This document shows, piece by piece, positions 28,116 through 37,073 of a stretch of DNA of 64,000 nucleotides; within the stretch, counting starts at the first letter, position 1, and each line of letters starts with the position of its first letter. The stretch comes from an uncultured Gemmatimonadales bacterium (GTDB taxonomy: Bacteria > Gemmatimonadota > Gemmatimonadetes > Longimicrobiales > RSA9). The translations under genes were made by a program, and so were the position numbers. The stretch is from contig OY970192.1 of NCBI GenBank assembly GCA_963708135.1, positions 1 through 64,000 of the forward strand. Reading direction: 5' to 3'. The notes beneath the pieces are model-generated. The model made no database searches and was not told the DNA's origin. It saw only the letters and a list, made by a program, of their open reading frames with translations.

Positions 28116-30869
28116 ATGACCTCACCCCGTTTCTGCGTGGCCTGCCAGGCCGTGCTGGGCGCCGACGCCGAGCGTTGCCCGAGCTGCGGCGCAACGCAGC
28201 CGCCGGCCGCCGCGGCGCCGCCGGCCGCCGCGCCGCCGCCCTCGGGGGCGGCCGCAGCAGAGGCGCCCGGCGGCGAGATGGGGCTCGCGCTGGAGCCGCC
28301 GTGGGACGGTGTGCTGGAGCGGCTGCGGGCGGTGCTGGCGCCGCGCTATCGGGTGCAGACGGTGCTCGGCTACGGCGGGATGGCGGGCGTCTTCCTGGTG
28401 GAGGACCCGCGGCTGGGTCGGCAGATCGCGATCAAGGTGATGGCGCCCGGGTTGATGGTGGACCGCCGGCTGGTGGAGCGCTTCGAGCAGGAGGCGCGCA
28501 CCATCGCGCAGCTCTCGCACCCGAACATCGTCACGATCTACGACGTCGAGGAGCGGGAGGGGCTGCACTACTTCTCGATGGGCTACGTCCCCGGTCGCTC
28601 GCTCGCCGAGGTGCTCGAGGACGCGCTCGAGCCGCTCCCGATCGAGGTCGTGCGCGCCTGGCTGGCGCAGGTCGGCGGGGCGCTCGCCTATGCCCACCGG
28701 GCGGGCATCGTCCACCGCGACATCAAGCCCGGCAACATCCTGCTCGACCAGGACGGCAACGCGCTGGTCAGCGACTTCGGCATTGCCAAGGTGGCCGACG
28801 AGCCGAGCCTGACGCGCACCGGGATGCTGATCGGCACGCCCTCCTACATGAGCCCGGAGCAGTGCACCACCGGGAAGGTGGCGGGCGCATCGGACCAGTA
28901 CTCCCTCGGCGCCGTCGCCTACCAGATGCTGACGGGCAGGCCGCCGTTCTCGGGGCCGACCATGATGGTCCTGCAGGCGCATGTGGGGACGCGGCCGCAG
29001 CCGATCCGCGAGCTCAGGCCGGACTGCCCCGAGGAGGTGGCGAGCGCGGTGGAGCGGATGCTCGAGAAGGCGCCGGAGGCCCGCTGGCCCGGCGTCTCCG
29101 CGGCGGTCGGGGCGATGGGCGCCTCGCTGCCCGGGCTGGACGACCCGGTGGTGCCGCTTCTCTCGTCGTACGCCGTCTACGCGGCCGGAGTGGTGGTCGA
29201 GGAGCCGCCGGCGGCCTTGCGCGAGGGGGAGGCGCGAGGGCTGCGGACGATCGTCTGGGACGCCGCCGGGAATCAGCTCGAGAATCGCCGCGTCTCCTGG
29301 GATTCCTCCAATGCTACGGTGGCGACGGTCAGCGCGAGCGGCGCGCTCTCGGCGCTGCGGGCGGGCACCACGCGGATCGCCGCGCGCTGCGGCCGCCGCT
29401 ACGACGTCTTCGACCTCACGGTCGTACCCGACCCGGTCGAGTCGCTGGAGGTCGTGCCGCCGGTGAAGGCCGTGCCGCGGGGCCGCTCGCTCGATCTGTC
29501 CGCGCGCGCCCGCTCGAGGGCGGGCGGCGCTCCGCGCGAGCGCGCCGTGGTCTGGACCTCGAGCGATCCCGCCATCGCGCGGGTCTCCAGCGATGGGCAC
29601 CTCGAGGCGGTGGGGCCCGGCACCGCCGTGATCACCGCCACGAGCGGCGAGATCTCGACGGGCTTCTCGCTTCTGGTGACAGAGCCCGAGGTGCAGGAGG
29701 CGGCCGCCGCTGCGCCCTCCGCCGCGCCCGTCGCACCCCCCACCCCGCCGGCGGCCACGCCCGCCGTCCCGTCCCCGACGCCCGCCCCGGCGGCGCCGGT
29801 TACGCCCGCCGCGGTCCCGGCGACCCCGCCGCCCACCCCCGCCGCGCCGATCACGCCGGCGCCAGCGGCGCCCGTGACTCCCGCCGCCGCCACGCCCGCC
29901 AGGCCGGCGGAGGTGACCCAGGCCGAGGCAGCACCGCCACCGGCACCGGCGACGCCGATCACGCCGGCGCCGGCGACACCGGTACCGCAGGCCCCGAGCC
30001 CGGGCGGCGGCGGGCGTCCCTCGCGCCGGCTCGTGATTGCCGCGGCCGGAGGCGTGGTGGTCGTGGCGCTGGTCGCGTTCGCGCTGTTGAGCGGGCGTGG
30101 CGGGGCGGGCGGCGAAGCGCCGCTGGCGGACGCAGCGGGTGCCCTCACTCCGCCGTCGCTACCCCCGGCCGGAGCGCCCGCGTCCTCGCCCGGCGGGACG
30201 CCGGCGGGCCAGACGGCGGTCGGTCCGCCGGCGTCCGGGCCCACCTCACCGGCGGCGCCGCCCGAGGGTGGGAAGACGGCGAAGCCGGCCAGTGCGGCCG
30301 CGGACCAGGGCTCCGGGCAGACGCAGGCGCGCTCCCGCGCGGGGGCGCCGGAGCGGACTCCGACGGCGCCGAGCCCGGCCGCGCCCAAGCCCGACGCCGC
30401 GGCATCGAGCAACGAGCCGGCGAAGGACGCGCCCGCCCCGCCCCCGGCGCCCGCCAATCCGGGTCCGACGCCGCCGGCCGGGAGCAAGGCGGCGGAGAGC
30501 GTGCCGGCAAGCCCGCCGGCGTCCGGCGGTGCCGCCGACGTCGCCGCGGTCGATCGCGCGGTCTCCGGCTTCGTCGCCGCCTTTGCGGCGCGGCGCTCGG
30601 CGGACGTGATCCCGCTCATGCCGTCGGACGCGCGGACGGGCTGGCGGCAGCTCCTGGAATCCCCGCAGGTAACGCAGTTCCAGGTGAAGCTGCGGTCGCA
30701 GGAGCAGCCGCAGTTCACCGGGGACAGCGCGAGCGTGGCGTTCGTGGTGGGAGTCTCGTTCCACAACGGGAACCGCACGGTCGCCAACACGCTCCGCTAC
30801 GTTGGAAGCCTGAAGCGCGCCGCATCGGGGGCCTGGAGCCTGACCGGCCTGCAGATGGGCGGGCAGTGA
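28116..30869 (+). CDS. Membrane Ser/Thr kinase: Zn ribbon, kinase, two Big_2-like Ig domains, Pro/Thr linker, TM, extracytoplasmic domain
   Basis: CVAC..CPSC; GYGGMAGV, AIK, HRDIKPGN, DFG, GTPSYMSPE; WDSSNATVATVS and WTSSDPAIARVS Big_2 motifs; TM LVIAAAGGVVVVALVAFALL. Confidence 0.92.
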   Translation: MTSPRFCVACQAVLGADAERCPSCGATQPPAAAAPPAAAPPPSGAAAAEAPGGEMGLALEPPWDGVLERLRAVLAPRYRVQTVLGYGGMAGVFLVEDPRLGRQIAIKVMAPGLMVDRRLVERFEQEARTIAQLSHPNIVTIYDVEEREGLHYFSMGYVPGRSLAEVLEDALEPLPIEVVRAWLAQVGGALAYAHRAGIVHRDIKPGNILLDQDGNALVSDFGIAKVADEPSLTRTGMLIGTPSYMSPEQCTTGKVAGASDQYSLGAVAYQMLTGRPPFSGPTMMVLQAHVGTRPQPIRELRPDCPEEVASAVERMLEKAPEARWPGVSAAVGAMGASLPGLDDPVVPLLSSYAVYAAGVVVEEPPAALREGEARGLRTIVWDAAGNQLENRRVSWDSSNATVATVSASGALSALRAGTTRIAARCGRRYDVFDLTVVPDPVESLEVVPPVKAVPRGRSLDLSARARSRAGGAPRERAVVWTSSDPAIARVSSDGHLEAVGPGTAVITATSGEISTGFSLLVTEPEVQEAAAAAPSAAPVAPPTPPAATPAVPSPTPAPAAPVTPAAVPATPPPTPAAPITPAPAAPVTPAAATPARPAEVTQAEAAPPPAPATPITPAPATPVPQAPSPGGGGRPSRRLVIAAAGGVVVVALVAFALLSGRGGAGGEAPLADAAGALTPPSLPPAGAPASSPGGTPAGQTAVGPPASGPTSPAAPPEGGKTAKPASAAADQGSGQTQARSRAGAPERTPTAPSPAAPKPDAAASSNEPAKDAPAPPPAPANPGPTPPAGSKAAESVPASPPASGGAADVAAVDRAVSGFVAAFAARRSADVIPLMPSDARTGWRQLLESPQVTQFQVKLRSQEQPQFTGDSASVAFVVGVSFHNGNRTVANTLRYVGSLKRAASGAWSLTGLQMGGQ

Positions 30870-30903
30870 CCAGACTGGTCTAGTGTAGCGTCCGACAAAT
30901 AGC

Positions 30904-30932
30904 TTGACACAAGGAGGCGCCGGGCGTATCCT
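30904..30932 (+). promoter_or_regulatory. IS-borne sigma70 promoter for the transposase
   Basis: TTGACA-17 bp-TATCCT ending 6 nt before the ATG at 30939. Confidence 0.65.
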
Positions 30933-30938
30933 TGCGCC

Positions 30939-32027
30939 ATGGCGCGACCTGTGTCCAAGATCGAGACCACCGACGCCGAACGGCAAGAGCTTGAGCGGCG
31001 TGTGAAGGCGCCCAGCGTGTCCAAGCGCGACAGCCTTCGTGCCGCCATCGTGCTGCGGCGCGGGCGCGGTCTCGGCCAGGTGCAGGTGGCGCGGGAGCTG
31101 GGCGTGAGCGCCACGTGCGTCAACAAGTGGTCCCAACGCTTCGAGCGCGAAGGCCTGGACGGCCTGAAGGATCGAAAAGGACGGGGCCGGCGCCCCTCGA
31201 TCCCGGCGCACAAGGTGGAGCAGGTCATCACGCGGGCGACTCGGCCGCCCAAGCCGTGCACGCGTTGGAGTGTGCGCACAATGGCCCGTGAGGTCGGGAT
31301 CTCGCCGGACAGCGTGCACCGGATCTGGCGGGCAAACGAGATCAAGCCGCACCTGACGCAGACGTTCAAGCTGTCGAACGATCCGCGCTTCGAGGAGAAG
31401 TTCTGGGACGTGATCGGGCTGTATCTCGATCCGCCCGAGAGGGCGCTGGTCCTGTGTTGTGACGAGAAGAGCCAGTGCCAGGCCTTGGAGCGCACCCAAC
31501 CGGGCTTACCCCTCGGCGTCGGGGAGATTCGCACCAAGACCCACGACTACACCCGCCACGGCACCATCACGCTGTTTGCTGCACTGAACTACCTCGACGG
31601 CAAATTGATCGCGCGCACGGAAGAGCGTCACACGCACGTCGAGTGGCTTCGCTTCCTCAAGCAGATCGATCGGGAGACGCCCAAGGATCTCGATCTACAC
31701 CTCGTCGTGGACAATTACTGCACGCACAAGCAAGAGAGCGTAACCCAGTGGCTTGCGAAGCATCCGCGCTTCCACCTTCACTTCACGCCGACCAGCTCGT
31801 CCTGGTTGAATCTCGTCGAGCGCTTCTTCGGAGAGCTGACGCAGGACGTGATTCGGGAGGGCAGCTTCTCCAGCGTACGCGAGCTGGTGAGTGACATCGA
31901 GAGCTACTTGGCCGAACGAAAGCTCCATCCCAAGCCGTACCGGTGGCGAGCCAAAGGCGAGGACATCTTGCGCAAGATCCAGCGTGCACGCGAGGCGCTC
32001 ACCGCAGTACGCTCGGAGTCTTGTTAA
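30939..32027 (+). CDS. IS630-family transposase, apparently intact
   Basis: N-terminal HTH; DDE motifs CCDEKSQ, VVDNYCTHK, SSWLNLVERFF; THDYTRHGT. Confidence 0.95.
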   Translation: MARPVSKIETTDAERQELERRVKAPSVSKRDSLRAAIVLRRGRGLGQVQVARELGVSATCVNKWSQRFEREGLDGLKDRKGRGRRPSIPAHKVEQVITRATRPPKPCTRWSVRTMAREVGISPDSVHRIWRANEIKPHLTQTFKLSNDPRFEEKFWDVIGLYLDPPERALVLCCDEKSQCQALERTQPGLPLGVGEIRTKTHDYTRHGTITLFAALNYLDGKLIARTEERHTHVEWLRFLKQIDRETPKDLDLHLVVDNYCTHKQESVTQWLAKHPRFHLHFTPTSSSWLNLVERFFGELTQDVIREGSFSSVRELVSDIESYLAERKLHPKPYRWRAKGEDILRKIQRAREALTAVRSESC

Positions 32028-32052
32028 ATCAACTCAATTGGCAGACACTACA

Positions 32053-33843
32053 CTAGAACCCCCCTCCACCACCGCCCCCGCTCCCGCCGCCGCTGCTTCC
32101 GCCGCCGCCCGATCCGGACGGGCTCGAGGACATCGTGCTCGATGCTGCGCTCGACATGGCGTGCATGTCGTGCGAGAACGACGCGGCGTTGAAGGCGCCG
32201 GCGTAGCCGCTGCACCAGCGCGGCGGCTCCGTGTACATGTCCTGGAACGCCCGCGCCCACCGCTCCTCGACGCGGAAGGCCATGGCGAAAGGGAGGTAGC
32301 GCTCGAACATCTCCGGCGAGGTGATCATGCGCCGGTAGCGGTCCTCCTCCACGCGCGCGAGGAACTCGCGGAACCCGAGCGCCTGCTCCCGCGTGCGGGC
32401 GCCCGCCACGGTGCGGGCGGGCATGATCAGGGCGAAGAAGAAGAGGATGAGGGCGGCGGCGGCTGCTGCGGCGCCGAGCGTCAGCGGGTCGATGGCGAGC
32501 GCGGCATGGTCGGAGAGCCAGAGGGCGCCGCCGACGCCGACGAAGCCGGTGACGACGGCGCTGCCGATCCACGCCTGCCGGACCTTCTGCGGGTCGCGCC
32601 GATAGTAGCCGTGGGCGACGAGCTGATCGTAGAGGGCGCGCCTGATCCCATCGAGATCCTTGTAGAAGCGGTTCTTGAGCGAGGAGAGCTCGACGCTGCC
32701 GTAGGTGGGCCCGGGCCCGGCACCGGCGCCGTCGGGCTCGCCGGTGGCGCGGGCCGCGGGCACCGCCGCGACGCCGGCTCGCTCGAAGAGCGCGCCGATG
32801 TAGAGCCTCTCGTGCTCCCTCAGGTCGGCCCACGCCTCGGTGGGCTTCTTCAGGTGGAAGACGTACTCGTGCTTGGAGAAGACGCCGAGGACGTGCTCCT
32901 TCCGCTTCTCGATGTGGATGTAGCCGCGCACGGCGAGGTCGACGAGCGTGGCGGTGAGGTCGTGCATGTCCGCCTTGTTGTCGATGAGGGTGCCGACCTC
33001 CGCCGGGCTCAGCCGGCCGGGCGGCTCGTACTGCACGACGAGTGTGCCCGGCTCGGGGTCGCGGCCGTTCCGGCGCCAGGCGGAGAAGGCGAAGGCGAAG
33101 AACAGGAACGGCAGAACGAGCGGCCAGCGCGCCTCGATCTGGCGCAGGGCGCCACTGACCGCCCCGGGGCGCGCGACGCTCCCCGGCGGCCAGCCCACGG
33201 CCACGGTGAGGCCCTCGCCCGCCGCGAGCGCGCGTGTCGTCGCGAAGGTGACCGTGGACCCGTCGGCGTGCGCCTCGGCGGCGTGCTCCGTGGAGCCGGC
33301 GGGGCCGGTGTAGGCGGCGAACTGCCGGGGCGCTATCCCCGGAAGGACCACCTTTGCGTTGGCGTGCTCGATCGGGAACTCCCAGCCGTTGCCGGTCGCG
33401 TTCCAGTAGAGCTCGTCGAGCGAGCCGACCTTGCTGCCTTCCTCGAAGAATCGGATGGCGTTGTGCACTACGTAGTGCAGGATGAGGGTGCGCGTGGCGT
33501 CGTTCGCGCCCGGCACCCAGATCTTGACCCTGCGCGTCCAGCTCCCGCGTGCGCTGGTCTCCACCTTGAGCGGCGCGCCCGCCTCGTCCGTCGCGCCCGT
33601 GATGTCGAGCCGCAGCCGCTCGCGCCGGTTGTCGGCCGTGCGGTGATCGAGAGAGAGGTCGCGGTAGATGCCGTTCCAGGAGCCCGTGAAGTGCGGCCGG
33701 ATGGTCTCGGTGACGTCCACATCGCCGTCGGGCTGGACGCGGAGGACGACGTCGTACTGCCGGATCACGATGCCGCGCTGCGCGACGGCGCCGGCCGGCG
33801 CGGCGAGGAGCGCGAGGGCGACGACGAGCCGGAGAGCCTTCAT
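32053..33843 (-). CDS. DUF2207 domain membrane protein
   Basis: Signal peptide, ELYWNATGNGW, LVDLAVRGY, ERYLPFAMAF motifs; Gly/Ser-rich tail [12 protein letters not shown]. Confidence 0.88.
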   Translation of the reverse strand: MKALRLVVALALLAAPAGAVAQRGIVIRQYDVVLRVQPDGDVDVTETIRPHFTGSWNGIYRDLSLDHRTADNRRERLRLDITGATDEAGAPLKVETSARGSWTRRVKIWVPGANDATRTLILHYVVHNAIRFFEEGSKVGSLDELYWNATGNGWEFPIEHANAKVVLPGIAPRQFAAYTGPAGSTEHAAEAHADGSTVTFATTRALAAGEGLTVAVGWPPGSVARPGAVSGALRQIEARWPLVLPFLFFAFAFSAWRRNGRDPEPGTLVVQYEPPGRLSPAEVGTLIDNKADMHDLTATLVDLAVRGYIHIEKRKEHVLGVFSKHEYVFHLKKPTEAWADLREHERLYIGALFERAGVAAVPAARATGEPDGAGAGPGPTYGSVELSSLKNRFYKDLDGIRRALYDQLVAHGYYRRDPQKVRQAWIGSAVVTGFVGVGGALWLSDHAALAIDPLTLGAAAAAAALILFFFALIMPARTVAGARTREQALGFREFLARVEEDRYRRMITSPEMFERYLPFAMAFRVEERWARAFQDMYTEPPRWCSGYAGAFNAASFSHDMHAMSSAASSTMSSSPSGSGGGGSSGGGSGGGGGGGF

Positions 33844-35393
33844 GGCCGGTGCTCCTGCGCCCAGCGGCCGGCCAGCGCAGCCAGCGGGTCGGCCACGGAC
33901 TGGAAGCGGACGAGGCGGACGGAATCCTGGTTCTTCATGGATGCCAGGGCCATGGGGCCGCGCTCGAGGATCCGGTCGGCGGCGCGCTCGCCGAGCCAGG
34001 TCTCGGCGCACGGCCAGGCCAGCGTCTCCCCGCCGCTGCGGTAGAGGTGGAGCGGGAGCCCGCCCACCTCGGCGATCGCGCCCGGGCGCAGGTCCCACCC
34101 GGTCAGCGAGAATCCCTGCGCGAGCAGCAGGGCGCACACCGCGGCCGCGTTCCCCCACAGGTACTCCTCGTGGCGCGGCGGCTCCGCCGCCTCCTCGAAT
34201 CCCGGGACCTCGCACAGCTCGCCCTCGCGGCCGTAGGGCAGCCGCAGCATGAAGCGCGGCAGCGCCAGCCCGACGTGCCGCGCCTCGGGCGTGCGCCGGA
34301 ACGCCGCCCACGCCGGCGCCGGCTCGCGCGCCCAGCCGTCGGGGTCCGCGCCCGTGGCGAAGTCCCGTGCGCCCACGAGGGCGGGCTCCGCGCCGGCCAC
34401 GAACGGGGCGCCCACCTCCCGCGCGAGCGCGGCGGCGCCGGCCAGCAGCGCGACGTCCTCCTCTCCCGGGCCGAAGGCGTAAAGCCCCACGAGCAGCGCC
34501 CACGGCGCCGTCCCGGCGGCGGGTGCGTTCTCGGACAGCAGCTGCCGGAGCGCGCCGCCCCCGGCGGCGCCGAGGTCCGCGGCGAATTCCGCGCGGGAGA
34601 CGTTGACGAGGGAGAGGCGCAGCTCGTGCCCGGTCTCGAGGCGGCGGGTCAGGAAGAAGACGGTGCGCCAGAGCGCCTCCAGCGCCTGGAAGCGCGGGTC
34701 GTGCAGGATGCGGCGGAGCTGCTCCGCGACGAGCGACTCGCCGAGGCGTCTCGCCGCCGCCGCGTCCGGCGCCTCCTCCCGCACCAGGTGCGGCGCGGTG
34801 ATCCGGCGAAGGAAGTCCTCCATCGTCGCGGCGCCGGAGGAAGGCGACGCCGGCGCGGCCGGCTCCCCCCCGGCCTCCTCGAGCATGCGGTCCAGCAGGC
34901 TTCCGGCGGACAGGTCGGCGGCCAGGGAGCGCGTGCCGTTGCCGGTCGGCTCCGCCTCGGCGGCGCCGGGCGCGGTGCCCGGCCCGGCCGCTCCGCCCGT
35001 CCCGGCACGCTGGCCGGCGGGCGGGGCGCCCCGGGCCGCGGCGCGCAGGGCGGGGAAGACCTCCATTCGCGCGACCAGCCGCTCGGGCGTGAAGTCCTCC
35101 ATCTCCGCGAAGCGGATGCGGGCGCGCGGCGCGTCGGCGGAATCGAGCGGCACCACGATCTCGGGCGCGACGGCGCGCAGCACGGCGTCCAGGTTGTCCC
35201 GGTCCACCGCGAGCGGGCGGCGCCCGGCCAGGGGTGGGTCGGCGGACGCCGGCGCGGCGCGCAGGTCGCGGCCGCCGAAGTCTCCGAGCAGCGCGATGCA
35301 GAACGGCGTCTCGGGACCGACCTCGATCGGCGCGGGTCGCGGCGTGGGCTCGATCTCGAGGGTTACGACGGCGCGCGGATCACGGCTCGCCAT
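33840..35393 (-). CDS. Fused TssB-TssC-like sheath protein, C-terminally truncated
   Basis: TssB-like N-terminus (FCIALLGDF, VDRDNLDAVL, FAEMEDFTPE) followed by TssC-like region (LHDPRFQALEALWR, PRFMLRLPYG, YLWGNAA, GGLPLH); GGGAGG RBS. Confidence 0.85.
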   Translation of the reverse strand: MASRDPRAVVTLEIEPTPRPAPIEVGPETPFCIALLGDFGGRDLRAAPASADPPLAGRRPLAVDRDNLDAVLRAVAPEIVVPLDSADAPRARIRFAEMEDFTPERLVARMEVFPALRAAARGAPPAGQRAGTGGAAGPGTAPGAAEAEPTGNGTRSLAADLSAGSLLDRMLEEAGGEPAAPASPSSGAATMEDFLRRITAPHLVREEAPDAAAARRLGESLVAEQLRRILHDPRFQALEALWRTVFFLTRRLETGHELRLSLVNVSRAEFAADLGAAGGGALRQLLSENAPAAGTAPWALLVGLYAFGPGEEDVALLAGAAALAREVGAPFVAGAEPALVGARDFATGADPDGWAREPAPAWAAFRRTPEARHVGLALPRFMLRLPYGREGELCEVPGFEEAAEPPRHEEYLWGNAAAVCALLLAQGFSLTGWDLRPGAIAEVGGLPLHLYRSGGETLAWPCAETWLGERAADRILERGPMALASMKNQDSVRLVRFQSVADPLAALAGRWAQEHRP

Positions 35394-35632
35394 GGCTGGC
35401 CTCCCGGGCTCGCTCGGCCGGATCGCGCGGAGCAGCCGCGCGGCGCCGGCGGTGTCGATAAGAGGAAGAGCGCCGCAGAGGGGCGGCCCCCCCCCAACTT
35501 CTGGCCCGCCGCGCCGCGAGGCAATGGCCGCGCCGGCCGGGGATTGACAGGCGGGAGGTCGGAGGGCGTATTCCCGGGAGCGGAGCGCGCCCATGGGCGG
35601 GCGCGCTCGTTCCCCGTGAAGGCGGAGGCAGG

Positions 35633-36235
35633 GTGCGGAGCGCACGCGTCATCGTCGCCTGTTGCACCCTGCTCGGGTGCGGCTCCACGGCCAGGTCCGC
35701 GGGCCCGGCCGGGCTGCCGACGGCGGGCGGCGCGGACGCGGGTGGCGCAGCCGGCGCCGGAGCCGGCCCGGACCTGGAGCGCCGGCTGGGCATCGTGGCG
35801 CGGCGGGACGGGCCGGCCTGCCTGCGCATCCGCAACGACGGGCTCCGCCCCGGCGACACGGTGGGGGTGGTCGTGGGCGAGGCGGGCGGGCAGCGGCTGG
35901 TACGAACGGTGGTCGTGGCGCGGCAGGCGCGCTGTCCGGACGCTCCGCCGGAGCAGGGCGTGGCCTCCTACCGGCTCTCCGCTGCGGAGGATCTCGACGC
36001 GGTCGCCATCGCCATCGTGCCGCCGCCGGCTGCCGCGCGCCCGGGCGGGGCGGGGCTGCGCGCGGACCTGGACGGCGACGGCCGGAGCGAATCGTTCCGC
36101 AGCTGCACGAGCAGCGAGGGCGTGCACCTGAGCGTGTGGACGGGCGCGCCGCTCCGGGGCGCGCGGCGCTGGCACGCATACTACTATCTCGGCTACGATG
36201 TCGAGCCGAGCTGCGAGGAGGGGGACTACTCGTGA
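35633..36235 (+). CDS. Hypothetical lipoprotein
   Basis: LLGC lipobox; DLDGDG..ESFRSCTSSEGVHL..YYYLGYDVEPSC C-terminal domain. Confidence 0.6.
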   Translation: MRSARVIVACCTLLGCGSTARSAGPAGLPTAGGADAGGAAGAGAGPDLERRLGIVARRDGPACLRIRNDGLRPGDTVGVVVGEAGGQRLVRTVVVARQARCPDAPPEQGVASYRLSAAEDLDAVAIAIVPPPAAARPGGAGLRADLDGDGRSESFRSCTSSEGVHLSVWTGAPLRGARRWHAYYYLGYDVEPSCEEGDYS

Positions 36236-36468
36236 AAGGCTTCGTGGCGCTCCGCAACTTCGGCACGAGCATGGAGGCCGACCTCTATGCCGAGGTGCTG
36301 CGGGAGAACGGGATCGGGGTCCTCCTGCAGGGGCCGCAGGCGGGCATGTTCGGCGCCGGCTTCAGCGGCGCCTCGGTGCAGGGCGTCACGCTGCTGGTGG
36401 CGGAGGCCGACGCGGCGCGCGCGGCCGTGCTGATCGGGGGGGAGCAGGGCGGCGAGGGGGAGGACTGA
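36232..36468 (+). CDS. DUF2007 (putative signal-transducing) protein
   Basis: EADLYAEVLRENGI...VTLLVAEADAARA pattern; GTG start overlaps the upstream stop. Confidence 0.65.
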   Translation: MKGFVALRNFGTSMEADLYAEVLRENGIGVLLQGPQAGMFGAGFSGASVQGVTLLVAEADAARAAVLIGGEQGGEGED

Positions 36469-37073
36469 TGGCGGAGCCGCTCGACCACCTCTTCGCGAAC
36501 AACCGGGCCTGGGCCGCCGAGATGACCGCGCACGACCCGGAGTTCTTCCGGCGCCTGGCCGCGCAGCAGGCGCCGGCGCATCTCTGGATCGGCTGCTCCG
36601 ACAGCCGCGTGCCGGCCAACCAGATCGTGGGGCTCCTGCCGGGCGAGATGTTCGTGCACCGGAACGTGGCCAACGTCGTGGTGCACGCCGACCTCAACTG
36701 CCTCTCCGCGATGCAGTACGCCGTTGACGTGCTGCGGGTGCGGCACATCATCGTGTGCGGCCACTACGGCTGCGGCGGCGTGCTCGCGGCGCTGCGCGAT
36801 GACCGCGCGGGCGTGGTCGACAACTGGCTGCGGCACGTCCAGGACGTGCGCTCGAAGCACCGGTCGGCAATCGACGCGCTCGGAACGGAGGCCGAGCGGC
36901 ACGCGCGGCTGTGCGAGCTGAACGTGATCGAACAGGTGACCAACGTCAGCCAGACCACGGTGGTCCGCGAGGCCTGGGGCCGCGCTCAGGAGCTGACCGT
37001 GCACGGCTGGATCTACGGCCTGGAGGATGGGCTGCTCCGCGACCTCGGCGTGGCCACGGCGGGGCCGGGATGA
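36468..37073 (+). CDS. can: Beta-class carbonic anhydrase
   Basis: WIGCSDSRVP, FVHRNVAN and CGHYGCGG motifs. Confidence 0.95.
   Translation: MAEPLDHLFANNRAWAAEMTAHDPEFFRRLAAQQAPAHLWIGCSDSRVPANQIVGLLPGEMFVHRNVANVVVHADLNCLSAMQYAVDVLRVRHIIVCGHYGCGGVLAALRDDRAGVVDNWLRHVQDVRSKHRSAIDALGTEAERHARLCELNVIEQVTNVSQTTVVREAWGRAQELTVHGWIYGLEDGLLRDLGVATAGPG

Larger units (their letters stand above)
30883..32053 (+). mobile_element. IS630-family insertion sequence (~1.17 kb)
   Basis: Imperfect terminal IRs GTGTAGCGTCCGACAAAT and (reverse complement) GTGTAGTGTCTGCCAATT; TA duplication at 30881-82 and 32054-55 in CTAG context; GC visibly lower than flanks. Confidence 0.92.

Noticed and set aside
29700..30000. 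Pro/Ala/Thr repeats in the kinase linker as a separate repeat element
   Set aside because: Low-complexity coding linker, covered under the kinase finding.
35544..35574. TTGACA followed by TATTCC as a promoter
   Set aside because: 19 bp spacer and weak -10; not enough support.
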